A stretch of 64,000 nt of DNA from Planctomycetota bacterium. Its GTDB lineage: Bacteria > Planctomycetota > UBA11346. The notes beneath the pieces are model-generated. The model was not told the origin of the DNA. It did no database searches and saw nothing but the letters and a program-made list of their open reading frames with translations. The first letter of the stretch is position 1; every line of letters starts with the position of its first letter. The stretch is taken from NCBI GenBank assembly GCA_038231435.1, contig JBBRLJ010000001.1:224001-288000 (forward strand), given 5' to 3'. Made by a program: the position numbers and the translations under genes. Of this stretch, positions 34,401 to 44,482 are shown piece after piece.

Positions 34401-35816
34401 TCATCCCGCCGCCGCGGCAGCCAGCGGCCGCTCGCGGGTTCGGCCATGGGCGGCCTTGAGAAAGAGCATCAGGATCACCGGCAGGAAGACCAGCCGGGTG
34501 CCGACGTTGCTCCAGACGATGCCCAGCAAGCCCTGTGGGCACATCGTCAGGTAGGCCGTGGTGAGCGCCGCGGCGAACAACAGGTGGTACAGGAATACCA
34601 GGTCCGTACGCACTTTGGCGCGGCAGCCCATCATCATGGCCATCGAGATGGTGTACGGGAACACCACCAGGGCGAAGACCCGCAGGGGATGAGCCAAACC
34701 GACGAAGGACGGGCCGAACAGCAAGCGCAGGAGGTCCTCGCCGAACCACCACAGCCCCGCGTAGGCCACCACGGCGAATGAGAACCATACCGCGGCGACG
34801 CCGAAGGTGCGATGAATGAGATTCCGCGCCACCCCGGAGCGGGCGCTGACCATCGGCATCAACAGCTGTCCGAGCGCAGAGATGCATTGGTAGAACGGCG
34901 TGAGGAGGTTGTCGAGGACCTTCATGGAGCCGACCACCGCAAGGCCGCCGGCCGAGGACAGGATGAAGTAATGGACGTTGGCGCACAGCCAGGCGATCAC
35001 CGATACGCCGGATGCCCACTTCGCGTAGTGCAGGTGGTCGGCCAGCACCTCGGAGCGGAACCCCCGATCATCGACGACTGGTTTGGCCCCCGCATCACCG
35101 GCTATTGCCGAGGATGACGGGGATGGCGGCGGAGCCTGCGCCAGGCGACCCAGCATCGCCCGCATCGCGAACCCCGACACGCAGCTGGCGACCCCCGAAA
35201 CCAGGAAGGCGAGCAGCGGATTGAGCCATCCGCAGGCGTGGAGCAAGCAGACGCCGCCGACCTGGCAGACGAAGAAGATCGCGCTACCGATCGCCGCGCA
35301 GTGCGGCTGTGTCCGCGAGTAGAATACCGTGCGCATCATCCACATCTGCAGCACGAACGGCAACGCGAGGCCAAAGCCGAGGATGGCCTGGGCCTGGCCT
35401 CGATGGCCCAAGGCGTCGATCGCGAGCGCGCCCACCGCCACGATCACGGCCGTTCCGGCGGTGACGCGCCAATGGCAAGCGATGATGAGCCGGTAATAGC
35501 GTGCGAACGATTCGCGATGCTTGCCAGAGGCGAAGATCAGGAACGGTTCCATGAAGAACGCGAGATAGAACGCGCCGAGGAACAGGAACAGCGAGTAGCC
35601 GAGCGTGAACGCGCCGAAGTCGGCTGGCGCCAGCCACCGGGCGAGCAGGATATTGAGCACGAAGTTCGCGCCCGCGAACATCCCCTGGTCCATGATCGAC
35701 AGGCCGCCCTTGCGCGCCCACCCGAGGTAGCGCGAGCGCCTTCCCGCCCGTCCGGAGCCGTCGAAGGGCGGCACCGCCAACGGTCTCGCGCCTCCGTCCA
35801 TCGCGCCTTCTGCCAT
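34401..35816 (-). CDS. Wzx/MOP-like polysaccharide flippase
   Basis: DQGMFAGANF..NILLARWL..ADFGAF, about 12 TM segments; GGAG SD. Confidence 0.8.
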   Translation of the reverse strand: MAEGAMDGGARPLAVPPFDGSGRAGRRSRYLGWARKGGLSIMDQGMFAGANFVLNILLARWLAPADFGAFTLGYSLFLFLGAFYLAFFMEPFLIFASGKHRESFARYYRLIIACHWRVTAGTAVIVAVGALAIDALGHRGQAQAILGFGLALPFVLQMWMMRTVFYSRTQPHCAAIGSAIFFVCQVGGVCLLHACGWLNPLLAFLVSGVASCVSGFAMRAMLGRLAQAPPPSPSSSAIAGDAGAKPVVDDRGFRSEVLADHLHYAKWASGVSVIAWLCANVHYFILSSAGGLAVVGSMKVLDNLLTPFYQCISALGQLLMPMVSARSGVARNLIHRTFGVAAVWFSFAVVAYAGLWWFGEDLLRLLFGPSFVGLAHPLRVFALVVFPYTISMAMMMGCRAKVRTDLVFLYHLLFAAALTTAYLTMCPQGLLGIVWSNVGTRLVFLPVILMLFLKAAHGRTRERPLAAAAAG

Positions 35817-35910
35817 GTGCTCCACCGCCTGTATCGGCAGTGGCGATCTTGGCGGACCGACGCGAACAGGCCGGCCCATTCAGGCCACCATTCCACAGGC
35901 CCGGACCGCA

Positions 35911-36330
35911 TCACCCGTGGTGGTAGGGTGCTCCGGCCAGGATCGAGGCCGCCCGGTAGACCTGTTCGACGAGCAACAGGTGCGCCAACTGGTGCGGCAG
36001 GGTCATGGGCCCCAATGACAGCCGGGAATCAGCCAAGGCGGTGGTGGCCGGATCGTGGCCATAGGCCGAACCGACCACGAACGCCACCTCGCCGTGCGCC
36101 ATAGTCCAGCGCCGGAGCGCCTTTGCGAAGGCCTCGCTGCCCATGGCGTCTCCGCGCTCGTCGAGCAGCACTTTCCAGCGCGCCGATGCCGGCCATAGCG
36201 CCGCCCCCTTCGCTTCCTTCTCCACCACCGTGAGCGAACCGTAGCGCGCGAAGCGCTTAACGTATTCCGCGCGCAGGCCCACGATGTGCGGATCGCGCAA
36301 TTTACCGCTCTGGACGATGACGATGCGCAT
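35911..36330 (-). CDS. rlmH: 23S rRNA m3-pseudouridine1915 methyltransferase
   Basis: EYVKR, LDERG, FVVGSAYG, LSLGPMTLPHQLA, EQVYRA, PYH. Confidence 0.95.
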   Translation of the reverse strand: MRIVIVQSGKLRDPHIVGLRAEYVKRFARYGSLTVVEKEAKGAALWPASARWKVLLDERGDAMGSEAFAKALRRWTMAHGEVAFVVGSAYGHDPATTALADSRLSLGPMTLPHQLAHLLLVEQVYRAASILAGAPYHHG

Positions 36331-36475
36331 GTTCAGCGGACCTTGTTCGCCCGCCCCCCGGCGTCAATGGCGCGGCGGCGCGGCTGGTAGATCGCCTGCA
36401 ACCTCCAGGGAACCGTATGAATGAAGGTGATTTGGCGATTGAGGCCTTCTCGGGAATCAGCTACATCGGTACCCG

Positions 36476-38236
36476 ATGCTTGCCCCCTCGCAGCCGCGAT
36501 CCCGACCGCCGACCCGGCGCCCCACGCGCTGGACGCACGTCTACGTGCTGCTGGTGACGATCGACCTCGCGACCGCGTGCCTCGGCCTGCTGCTCAACCA
36601 GCGCCTCACCGACCTCTACCACCTCTCGGTGGCCCGCGACACCGAGTGGTCACTCCGCGCCAATCACGTCGCGGACGCAGTGGCGGACACGACCAGGCTC
36701 GAGGCATATGGCATGGCGCGAGCGCTGGACAGGACCCCGGCCGAGACCCAACCCGGCCAGTTGGCCGGGATCGTCGACGACGATCTCGGGCGATTGGCCG
36801 CCGAATTCGATGGCTTCGGCGCCGCCTCCGTCGCCTCACATCTGCGCTCGGCGCGGACGGACATGCAGGCCTTAGCCACAGACCGCGGAGCTCCGCCCCA
36901 GGAGCGCGCGGACTTGGCGCGGCTGCTGGGCGACATGAGCGACCTGCATGCACGCGCCATGTCGACGTTGCTCGAGGCCGCCCGCGAGATCCGCGAGCGG
37001 CGGCTCGGCGCCTTCGCCGCAGACGCAGAGCGGGCTTCGGTGCTGCATGGCGATTTCCTCGCGATCGTCTCGCTGGTCGTGCTCCTGGTGATCGCCGTGA
37101 CCCTCCACGGCCTGAGGCTCGTGCGCCGCTTCAAGGCCAACGAACTCGAGGTCGAAGGCCACCTCGCCGCGCTCGAATCGAGCGAGGCGCGCAGCACCGC
37201 GGTGCTCGAGAGCGCGCTCGACGCGATCATCATCATGGATGGCGAAGGCCTGATCAGCGAATTCAATCCCGCGGCCCAGCGCATCTTCGGCATGACCAGG
37301 GACGCGGCGGTGGGGCGGAAGCTATCCGACGCCATCATCCCGCCGGATCTGCGCGAAGCCCATCAGCGTGGGCTCGCGAATTACCTGGCCACCGGCGAGG
37401 GGCCGGTCCTCGGCAAGCGCATCGAGATCCGCGCCGCCCACGCCAACGGTAACGAATTCCCGGTCGAGTTGGCGATCATCGCGGTGGGACGCGGGCCCGG
37501 CGCGTTCTTCATCGGCCACCTGCGCGACATCACCGAGCGCAAGCGCTCCGAAGAGAACTTGCGTGCGTCGAATCAGGAGCTCGAGCAGTTCGCCTACATC
37601 GCATCGCACGATCTCCAGGAACCGCTGCGCACGGTGACCAGCTATCTCGGGCTCCTGAAGAAGCGTTACGGCGGCTCGCTGGATGCCAAGGCGGACGACT
37701 TCATGCAGGTGGCGATGGACGGCGCGGACCGCATGCACCACCTGATCCAGGACCTGCTCGCGCTCTCGCGGGTGGAGCGCTCGGATCAGCCCGTCGAGCC
37801 GATCTCGAGCGAGGACGCTTTGGCTGCCGCGCTGGTCCTCATCCAGCCAGCCATCGCCGAATCCTTGGCGCGGATCAGCCACGCTCCGTTACCGATGGTG
37901 CGCATCGACCGCACGCACCTGACCCAGCTGCTCCAGAACCTCATCGGCAACGCGCTCAAATTCCGCGGAACGGCCGCACCGGAGATCGTGATCTCGGCCA
38001 GCCGGTCCGGCGCCTGGTGGAACTTCGCGGTCAAAGACAACGGCATCGGCATCGATCCCGGGCAATCGGCGCGGATCTTCGAGGTCTTCCAGCGGCTGCA
38101 CAGCCGCGAGGAGTATCCGGGAACCGGCATTGGTCTGGCCATCTGCAAGAAGATCGTCGAGCGCAATGGCGGCCGGATCTGGGTGGAATCCACGCCCGGA
38201 GATGGCGCAACCTTCCTCTTCACGCTGCCAGCATAA
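36476..38236 (+). CDS. Membrane PAS-domain sensor histidine kinase
   Basis: Two TMs, PAS (FNPAAQRIFG...LRDITERK), ASHDLQEPLR H-box, NLIGNALKF, DNGIG, GTGIGL. Confidence 0.95.
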   Translation: MLAPSQPRSRPPTRRPTRWTHVYVLLVTIDLATACLGLLLNQRLTDLYHLSVARDTEWSLRANHVADAVADTTRLEAYGMARALDRTPAETQPGQLAGIVDDDLGRLAAEFDGFGAASVASHLRSARTDMQALATDRGAPPQERADLARLLGDMSDLHARAMSTLLEAAREIRERRLGAFAADAERASVLHGDFLAIVSLVVLLVIAVTLHGLRLVRRFKANELEVEGHLAALESSEARSTAVLESALDAIIIMDGEGLISEFNPAAQRIFGMTRDAAVGRKLSDAIIPPDLREAHQRGLANYLATGEGPVLGKRIEIRAAHANGNEFPVELAIIAVGRGPGAFFIGHLRDITERKRSEENLRASNQELEQFAYIASHDLQEPLRTVTSYLGLLKKRYGGSLDAKADDFMQVAMDGADRMHHLIQDLLALSRVERSDQPVEPISSEDALAAALVLIQPAIAESLARISHAPLPMVRIDRTHLTQLLQNLIGNALKFRGTAAPEIVISASRSGAWWNFAVKDNGIGIDPGQSARIFEVFQRLHSREEYPGTGIGLAICKKIVERNGGRIWVESTPGDGATFLFTLPA

Positions 38237-38294
38237 GCCTGGGGCAGCACCGGACATCATCCGTGGTTCGAGGTTCGTCGTCCGTCGGAGTCGA

Positions 38295-39443
38295 TCAGTC
38301 GTTCTTCTTGGCCATGTAGCGGCCGAGGAACTCGTCTCGCCACACGGCAAAGCGGTCGGCCTCGATCGCCGCGCGCATCGCGCGCATCAGATCCTGGTAG
38401 AAATGCAAGTTGTGGATGGTCATCAGCGTCTCGACCAGGGGTTCGTGCGCATACGAGAGATGGCGCAGGTAGGCGCGACTGAAGCCCTGCTGACAGGTAT
38501 AGCAGCGGCAGGCGGTGTCGATCGGATAGCGGTCCTTGCGATACTTCTTGTCCTGTATGCGCATCTTGCCATCGAAGCTGAACGCCGTTCCCTCGCGGGC
38601 GTAGCGGGTAGGGATCACGCAGTCGTGGATGTCCATGCCGTGCTCGACCGAGGCGACGAGATCCTCGGGCAGGCCGACCCCCATCAGGTAACGCACCTTC
38701 GCCGCCGGCAACAGGGGCGCCGCATGGGCGACCACGCGAACCATCGCCTGATGCCCTTCGCCGACCGACACGCCGCCGATGGCGTAGCCGGGAAGATCGA
38801 GGGCCGTGAGCTGCGCCACCGCGTGAGCGCGCAACTCGAGATCCATGCCACCCTGGACAATACCGAACAGGTGTTGATGAGGAGCCAGCGGCACCTGCAT
38901 GCAGCGCTTCAGCCAACGGTGGGTGCGCTCGACGCTGTCGGCCACGTATTCGCGCGGCGCGGTATGCTCGACGCACTCGTCGAAGGCCATGACGATATCG
39001 GCGCCGAGGCGGCGCTGGATGTCCATCGCGCTCTCGGGCGACAGCGTCGCCGCCTCGCCGTCCTGCTCGAAGCGGAAACGCACGCCTTCCTCGGTGATCT
39101 GCCGGTCAGGAAGGCTGAACACCTGGAAACCGCCAGAATCAGTGAGGATCGCGCCATTCCAACGCATGGTGGCGTGCAGGCCGCCGAGTCGCTCAACCAG
39201 CTGGGTGCGCTCGGATAGGCTCATGTGGTAGGTGTTCGCCAACACCACTTGCGCTCCGGTGGCGGCGACCTGATCCGGTGTCACGCATTTCACCGCCGCC
39301 TGGGTGCCCACGGGCATGAATGCGGGAGTCTCGACGGGCCCGTGGCTGGTCCAAAAACGCCCGCGACGCGCCTTGCCGCTGATCGCGAGCACCTCGAAGC
39401 GCAGGCCGCCGCCCGGAGTCCAGGGATTCGCGTCGATGGACAT
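38295..39443 (-). CDS. tgt: Queuine tRNA-ribosyltransferase
   Basis: TPAFMPVGT, LANTYH, LTDSGGFQVFSL, GIVQGG, RYLMGVG, DCVIPTR, CRCYTC, HNL. Confidence 0.97.
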   Translation of the reverse strand: MSIDANPWTPGGGLRFEVLAISGKARRGRFWTSHGPVETPAFMPVGTQAAVKCVTPDQVAATGAQVVLANTYHMSLSERTQLVERLGGLHATMRWNGAILTDSGGFQVFSLPDRQITEEGVRFRFEQDGEAATLSPESAMDIQRRLGADIVMAFDECVEHTAPREYVADSVERTHRWLKRCMQVPLAPHQHLFGIVQGGMDLELRAHAVAQLTALDLPGYAIGGVSVGEGHQAMVRVVAHAAPLLPAAKVRYLMGVGLPEDLVASVEHGMDIHDCVIPTRYAREGTAFSFDGKMRIQDKKYRKDRYPIDTACRCYTCQQGFSRAYLRHLSYAHEPLVETLMTIHNLHFYQDLMRAMRAAIEADRFAVWRDEFLGRYMAKKND

Positions 39444-39551
39444 CGGCGGCTATGCTGCGCACACGCCCGTGGCGCAAAGCGGAATCAGGATGCGGCGGCA
39501 CCGGCGCGGACAGCCACGAGGGATGTCCCGGACTGCTCGGAACGGTCGCGA

Positions 39552-41087
39552 TCAGGCCGGGATCGGCGAGGCGTAGAGCCCACCGAGAACGCGTTCGAGC
39601 TCACTCTCGACCGCGACCGCATTGATGATGCGGTTGCGGCTCTGCAGCCCGATCCATTTCTCGAACACGTGCGACTTGCCATGGGTGATGGCGTGCTGGA
39701 ACTCTTCTTCCATCACTGGCACGAGATTGATCAGTCCGGGCTTGGCCGGAGCCGACTTCGAGGTGAAGCGGCTGGTGGCGGGCTTGCCGGCCGCGGTGGA
39801 GCGGCCCTGGGTTTGCGTCGAGGGACGCGCGGGCGCCGGCTTGGGCGGCGGTGGCGTCGGCCGGTAAATGCCGGTGTCCTTGGCAGCGCTTGAATCCTCG
39901 AGATCGAATTCAGGCGACAGCGGCTTGGGCGGTGCTTTGGCGACCGGGGCGATTGCGGCGGTGTCCTCGAACTCGAAATCGCCGAGCGCAGGCTCGCCGG
40001 AATTCCTGGTCAATCCGGAACCAGCGACCTCGAGCTCCGTGGCGTCGGGTACCAACTCGATGTCCTCAGCCTTGAGCGAGATCGGCTCGAGGATCGATGG
40101 CGCGATCGCATCGTCGGCCGACAGCAGATCGTCGATGTCCTGGATCTCGGGATTGATCGCGGCCGGAGCCGGAGTCGGCATCGGCATCGGCGCCGACGGC
40201 CTGGCCGGAGGCAGCTTGTCCGAAGGCGCGTTAACGCCGGCGAGCATCTGCGTGACGCTCTTCGGCTCGATGTCCTGGGTGATCGAGAGCGACCCCTCCT
40301 TGGCCTGGACCGCTCCGCTGTAGTACTTCTCGATGACCTGGTTGATCTCGCTGCGCGTCGCGACCACCTTCTTGATGTCGAGGCTGGTCTTCGATTCGAG
40401 CACGCGGATGGTCTCGGCGTCGAGCGGGTTGACCATCGCGAGGGTGAGCAGGCTGCCGAGCTTGTCGACCGGGAACACGCCGTAGTGGGTGGCGTCGTCG
40501 CGGGCGATGGTGTCGAGCGCCTTCTTGCGGATCTCGTAGCGATCGACCTTGAGGTGCGGCACCCAGCATTCCTGGGTGAGCGCATTGACCATCTGCTCCT
40601 CGGTGATGAAGCCGAGCTGAACTGCGGCCATGTCGATCGGCAGGTTCTCCTGCTGCGCCTTGGCCTTGACCTGGGCGACCTGCGCATCGTCGAGCAGGTT
40701 CACCTTGCCCTTCAGGAACTCGATGAGCGCGGCGTCGCCGGTGCGGCTGGGGCCCGAGGTCTTGCGCGTCGACGCGAGGTCGCCGGCGAATTCCGGCGGC
40801 TTGCTGCTCTGGATCGGAGCTTTCGATTGCGGGCGGGCGGGCGTCGTCGAGGACGGGCCGGGCGCTGGATTCGACGGGCGGACCTGGACGCGGCCGCTCG
40901 GAGCCGGCGCGACTGGCGTCGACTTCGAGGTAGGGCCGGTCTTGGGCTGGGCGGGCGCGGCCGATTCGGTGGTGGCGGTCTTGGCGCCGCCCGGAGCGAT
41001 GATGCGCTTGCTCTTGCGGACGGTCGAGGAACCCCCGCTGCGTTCGTCCTTGTCCTTGTCCTTTTTCTTGCCGCCGAAAAAGCCCAT
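39552..41087 (-). CDS. Stand-alone GspE/PilB N-terminal (T2SSE_N/MshEN-like) domain protein with low-complexity flanks
   Basis: LGFITEEQMVNAL, LTLAMVNPLD, IKKVVATRSEINQVIEKYY; no Walker A motif. Confidence 0.8.
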   Translation of the reverse strand: MGFFGGKKKDKDKDERSGGSSTVRKSKRIIAPGGAKTATTESAAPAQPKTGPTSKSTPVAPAPSGRVQVRPSNPAPGPSSTTPARPQSKAPIQSSKPPEFAGDLASTRKTSGPSRTGDAALIEFLKGKVNLLDDAQVAQVKAKAQQENLPIDMAAVQLGFITEEQMVNALTQECWVPHLKVDRYEIRKKALDTIARDDATHYGVFPVDKLGSLLTLAMVNPLDAETIRVLESKTSLDIKKVVATRSEINQVIEKYYSGAVQAKEGSLSITQDIEPKSVTQMLAGVNAPSDKLPPARPSAPMPMPTPAPAAINPEIQDIDDLLSADDAIAPSILEPISLKAEDIELVPDATELEVAGSGLTRNSGEPALGDFEFEDTAAIAPVAKAPPKPLSPEFDLEDSSAAKDTGIYRPTPPPPKPAPARPSTQTQGRSTAAGKPATSRFTSKSAPAKPGLINLVPVMEEEFQHAITHGKSHVFEKWIGLQSRNRIINAVAVESELERVLGGLYASPIPA

Positions 41088-41400
41088 TGTGCCTCCCTTG
41101 CCGATGCCTTGCCGATGCCGTCTCGATGCCGTCTTGACGCGATGCCGAGCGGAATTCCCGCCTCCGCGAGTCTGTGGAAGTTTGTCCGGAGAAAACTGTA
41201 AAATGAGGATCCCTCAGAGGCTACGTGCGGTTTCCGTATCACACTCGGGAGCGTCCGCTCGGTTCTGGGATTGAGTTTCAGGCTCTGGGATCGATGCTCG
41301 ACCCCCGAGCGCGACGGACCTTTCCGTCGCTCGGTCCTGGCCTAGCAACCAGGTGGCAGCGACCGGCGAACGACGCCGAAACAGATCCGAGGAACGACCC

Positions 41401-42303
41401 GTGGCCGTATTGAACTTCGATATCAAGACCGTCAGCCTCCCGAGCGGCGAGGAGGCCAAGGCTGTATTCCTAACCGGGTCGATCGACGCCAGCACGAACC
41501 AGACCTTCGAAGGACGTCTCACCGACATCCTCTCGGCCGGCACGCGCAACTGCATGCTGGTGCTGACCAACGTCAAATACATCAACTCAACCGGCCTCGG
41601 CACCATCGTGAAGTGCGTCGACACCTTTCGCGAGAAGGGCGGCGACATCAAGCTGGTCGGCGTCCCCACCAAGGTCATCGCGCTGTTCGAGATGCTCGGC
41701 CTGCTCGCCCTGTTCGAGACCCACGACACCATCGAGGCGGCGGTCACCAGCTTCGGCAAGGCGAAGAAGGACAAAGCCAACGCCGCGCCCAGCGTCAAGT
41801 TCCCCCTGCAGTTCAAGCACCCGGTCACCGGCATGGGCCTGAACGTCAGCCAGCCCGGCCGCTTCAAGGACCCGCGCAGCGGCGACTACTTCAGCGTCGA
41901 CCAGAACGGCACGATCGAGTTCTACGAGATGAGCAAGGTGAAGATGGTCGAGGTCAAACTGCCGTGCGATCTCGAGTTCGCCTCGAGCCTGAGCGCGCTC
42001 GCGACCTCGCTCGCCACCCACGTGAAGCTGCCCGCGAACGTCACCTCGTCGATCCAGCGTTCGATCGATGAAGCGTCGTCGCTCTTGCACAAGTACGCCA
42101 CCGGCGCAAACGAGACCTGCAACATCCTGCTCGTCGCCGATACCGAGAAGCTGCAGATCGGCATCGTCAACTACGGCAACGCCCTCAACATCAAGGCCGA
42201 CGACCCCTCGCTGAAGGCCCTCGAGAGCAGCATGGACGAAGTGAAGCACCAGATGCTGCCGACGCGTGGCTTCCTGCTCACTATGACGAAACGGGCGCGA
42301 TAG
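41401..42303 (+). CDS. STAS domain fused to degenerate RsbW-like (HATPase) domain
   Basis: LTGSIDAST, VKYINSTGLG, GGDIKL, LFEMLGL; C-terminal LPCDLEF..IDEA..MDEV..GFLLTMTK. Confidence 0.82.
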   Translation: MAVLNFDIKTVSLPSGEEAKAVFLTGSIDASTNQTFEGRLTDILSAGTRNCMLVLTNVKYINSTGLGTIVKCVDTFREKGGDIKLVGVPTKVIALFEMLGLLALFETHDTIEAAVTSFGKAKKDKANAAPSVKFPLQFKHPVTGMGLNVSQPGRFKDPRSGDYFSVDQNGTIEFYEMSKVKMVEVKLPCDLEFASSLSALATSLATHVKLPANVTSSIQRSIDEASSLLHKYATGANETCNILLVADTEKLQIGIVNYGNALNIKADDPSLKALESSMDEVKHQMLPTRGFLLTMTKRAR

Positions 42304-42461
42304 CGCTCGACCGAGCCGAGCGCCTCGGTGTTGGTGGATGAGGAAAACGGCTGGCGCCACCGCCAGCCGTTCGCCATTCCGGGACGACGTCACCACCCTA
42401 TCCCTCACGTCCCGCATCTCTGAACCAGGACACCACCAGCCACCAGCGCTGAAGACGCCCC

Positions 42462-42941
42462 ATGCTGACGCCGCCCTCCGATGAGCAGTTCATGCGCCTC
42501 GCGCTCGCCGAGGCGGCGGCGGCGGCGCGCGAAGACGAGGTGCCGATCGGCGCGGTGATCGTGCGCCAGGGCAGGGTCATCGGGCGCGGGCGCAACGCCT
42601 GCGAACGCCTGCACGACGCCACCGCGCACGCCGAGATCCTCGCCATCAGCGCCGCCGGCCAGGCCCTGGACTCGTGGCGACTCGAGGGCTGCACGCTCTA
42701 CGCCACGCTCGAGCCGTGCCCGATGTGCATGGGCGCCTGCCTCAACGCTCGCGTCCAACGCGTGGTCTTCGGCGCTCCGGAACCCAAGGCCGGCGCCTGC
42801 GGTTCGATCGTCGACCTGCGCGCGCCGGCCGGCTACAATCACGCGCTGCAGGTCACCGGCGGGGTGCTCGCAGCCGAGAGCGGCCAGGCGATGAAGGACT
42901 TCTTCCGCGCCCTGCGCCTGAGAAAACTTCCCGAAAACTGA
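42462..42941 (+). CDS. tadA: tRNA adenosine(34) deaminase
   Basis: EVPIGAVIV, DATAHAEI, TLEPCPMC, PKAGA, FFRALR. Confidence 0.95.
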   Translation: MLTPPSDEQFMRLALAEAAAAAREDEVPIGAVIVRQGRVIGRGRNACERLHDATAHAEILAISAAGQALDSWRLEGCTLYATLEPCPMCMGACLNARVQRVVFGAPEPKAGACGSIVDLRAPAGYNHALQVTGGVLAAESGQAMKDFFRALRLRKLPEN

Positions 42942-43073
42942 ACGTTCACGCACCCGATCCCGGATGCCCCAGCACTCCTCTTCCTGCTTCTGTCTTCGCC
43001 CTCTCTGCTCTCTACTTCCCCTCCCCTCCCTCCCGCTTCCCGCATCTCCCGCTCCTCTATGCTTGGCGCCGCC

Positions 43074-44441
43074 ATGCTCACCGTCCTCACCCCCGACGAT
43101 CCGCGCGTCGCCAGCCTGGTGTCCTCGACGCACCAACGCTTCGAGCGGCTGGTCGCCGAGGCCGAGGCCAAAGCCCGCCCGTATTACCGCGCGGTGCTCG
43201 GTCGCGAGGCCTCGGTCGCCGAGGTCATCGACGAGGTCTTCGCCGCGGTGGAGCGTGAGGGCGACGCCGCGGTGGCGCGCTACGCCGCGATCTTCGACAA
43301 GGCCACGCTGCCGCCGGATCGGCTGCGCATCCCCCACCAGGAGCTCGCCGCCGCCTGGGATCGCTGCGCGCCAGCCCTGCGCGAGGCGATGGGCGTCGCC
43401 ATCGCCCAGGTCACCGCCTACCAGCGCCGCCTGCTGCCGCGCGGCTTCGGCGAGCGGCTCGACGAGCCCCTGGGCGTGCGCTGGACTCCGCTCGCGCGCG
43501 TTGGCGCCTATGTGCCCGGTGGCACCGCAGGCGCGTCGCCGCTGTTCTCGTCGGTGATCATGAACCTGGTCCCGGCCAAGGTCGCGGGCGTGCCGCGCAC
43601 CGTGCTGGCCACTCCGCCACGCGCCGACGGCAGCGTCGCGCACGAGCTGTTGGCGGCGGCGCATGCCGTCGGCGTCGACGAGGTCTGGCGCGTCGGCGGC
43701 ATCCCCGCGATCGCCGCGCTCGCCTGTGGCACCGCCACGCTCGGAGCGGTCGACAAGATCGTCGGCCCGGGAAACATCTACGTGACGCTCGCCAAGCGCC
43801 GTGCCTATGGGCGCGTCGATCTCGACATGCTCGCGGGGCCGAGCGAGGTCCTGGTCATCGCCGATGCGTCGGCCGATCCGGCGTTCGTCGCCGCCGATCT
43901 GCTCAGCCAGGCCGAACACGACGCGCTGGCGATGGCGGTGTGCCTGGCCCTGGATGGCGCCGGGCCGCGCATCGCCGAAGAGGTCGAGCGCCAGCTGGCG
44001 GCGCTTCCCGCGGGCCGCCGCGAGACCGCCGCCGAGAGCATCCGCCGCTTCGGCACCCTGGTCGCCTGCGCGTCGCTCGACCAGGCGGTGGCGCTCTCGA
44101 ATCGCATCGCCCCCGAACACCTCGAGCTGCTGGTGCGCGATCCCGCGCCGCTGGTGCCCAGACTGCTGAACGCCGGCGCGATCTTCGTTGGCCCGTGGAG
44201 CCCAGAGCCGATCGGCGATTACGTCGCCGGTCCCAGCCACACCCTACCCACCGGCGGCACCGCGCGCATGTGGTCGGGCATCGGCGCCGATACCTTCCTG
44301 CGCCGCACCTCGCTGATCAACCTCGGCGAGGCCGAGTTCCGCCGCCTGGCCCCGGCCGGACTTGCGCTCGCGCGCGGCGAGGGCCTGGAAGCGCACGCGC
44401 GCTCGATCGAGATCCGGCTCGCGCGCGGCGTCGTCCGCTGA
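43074..44441 (+). CDS. hisD: Histidinol dehydrogenase
   Basis: YVPGG, DKIVGPGNIYV, DMLAGPSE, DLLSQAEHD, APEHL, GDYVAGPSHTLPT, EGLEAH. Confidence 0.96.
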   Translation: MLTVLTPDDPRVASLVSSTHQRFERLVAEAEAKARPYYRAVLGREASVAEVIDEVFAAVEREGDAAVARYAAIFDKATLPPDRLRIPHQELAAAWDRCAPALREAMGVAIAQVTAYQRRLLPRGFGERLDEPLGVRWTPLARVGAYVPGGTAGASPLFSSVIMNLVPAKVAGVPRTVLATPPRADGSVAHELLAAAHAVGVDEVWRVGGIPAIAALACGTATLGAVDKIVGPGNIYVTLAKRRAYGRVDLDMLAGPSEVLVIADASADPAFVAADLLSQAEHDALAMAVCLALDGAGPRIAEEVERQLAALPAGRRETAAESIRRFGTLVACASLDQAVALSNRIAPEHLELLVRDPAPLVPRLLNAGAIFVGPWSPEPIGDYVAGPSHTLPTGGTARMWSGIGADTFLRRTSLINLGEAEFRRLAPAGLALARGEGLEAHARSIEIRLARGVVR

Positions 44442-44482
44442 TGTACAGCTGCTGATGTACAGCTGCTGATGTACAGCTGATG
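44437..44482 (+). repeat. Tandem 14-mer GCTGATGTACAGCT x3 linking the hisD stop to the next start
   Basis: Read directly from the sequence. Confidence 0.95.
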
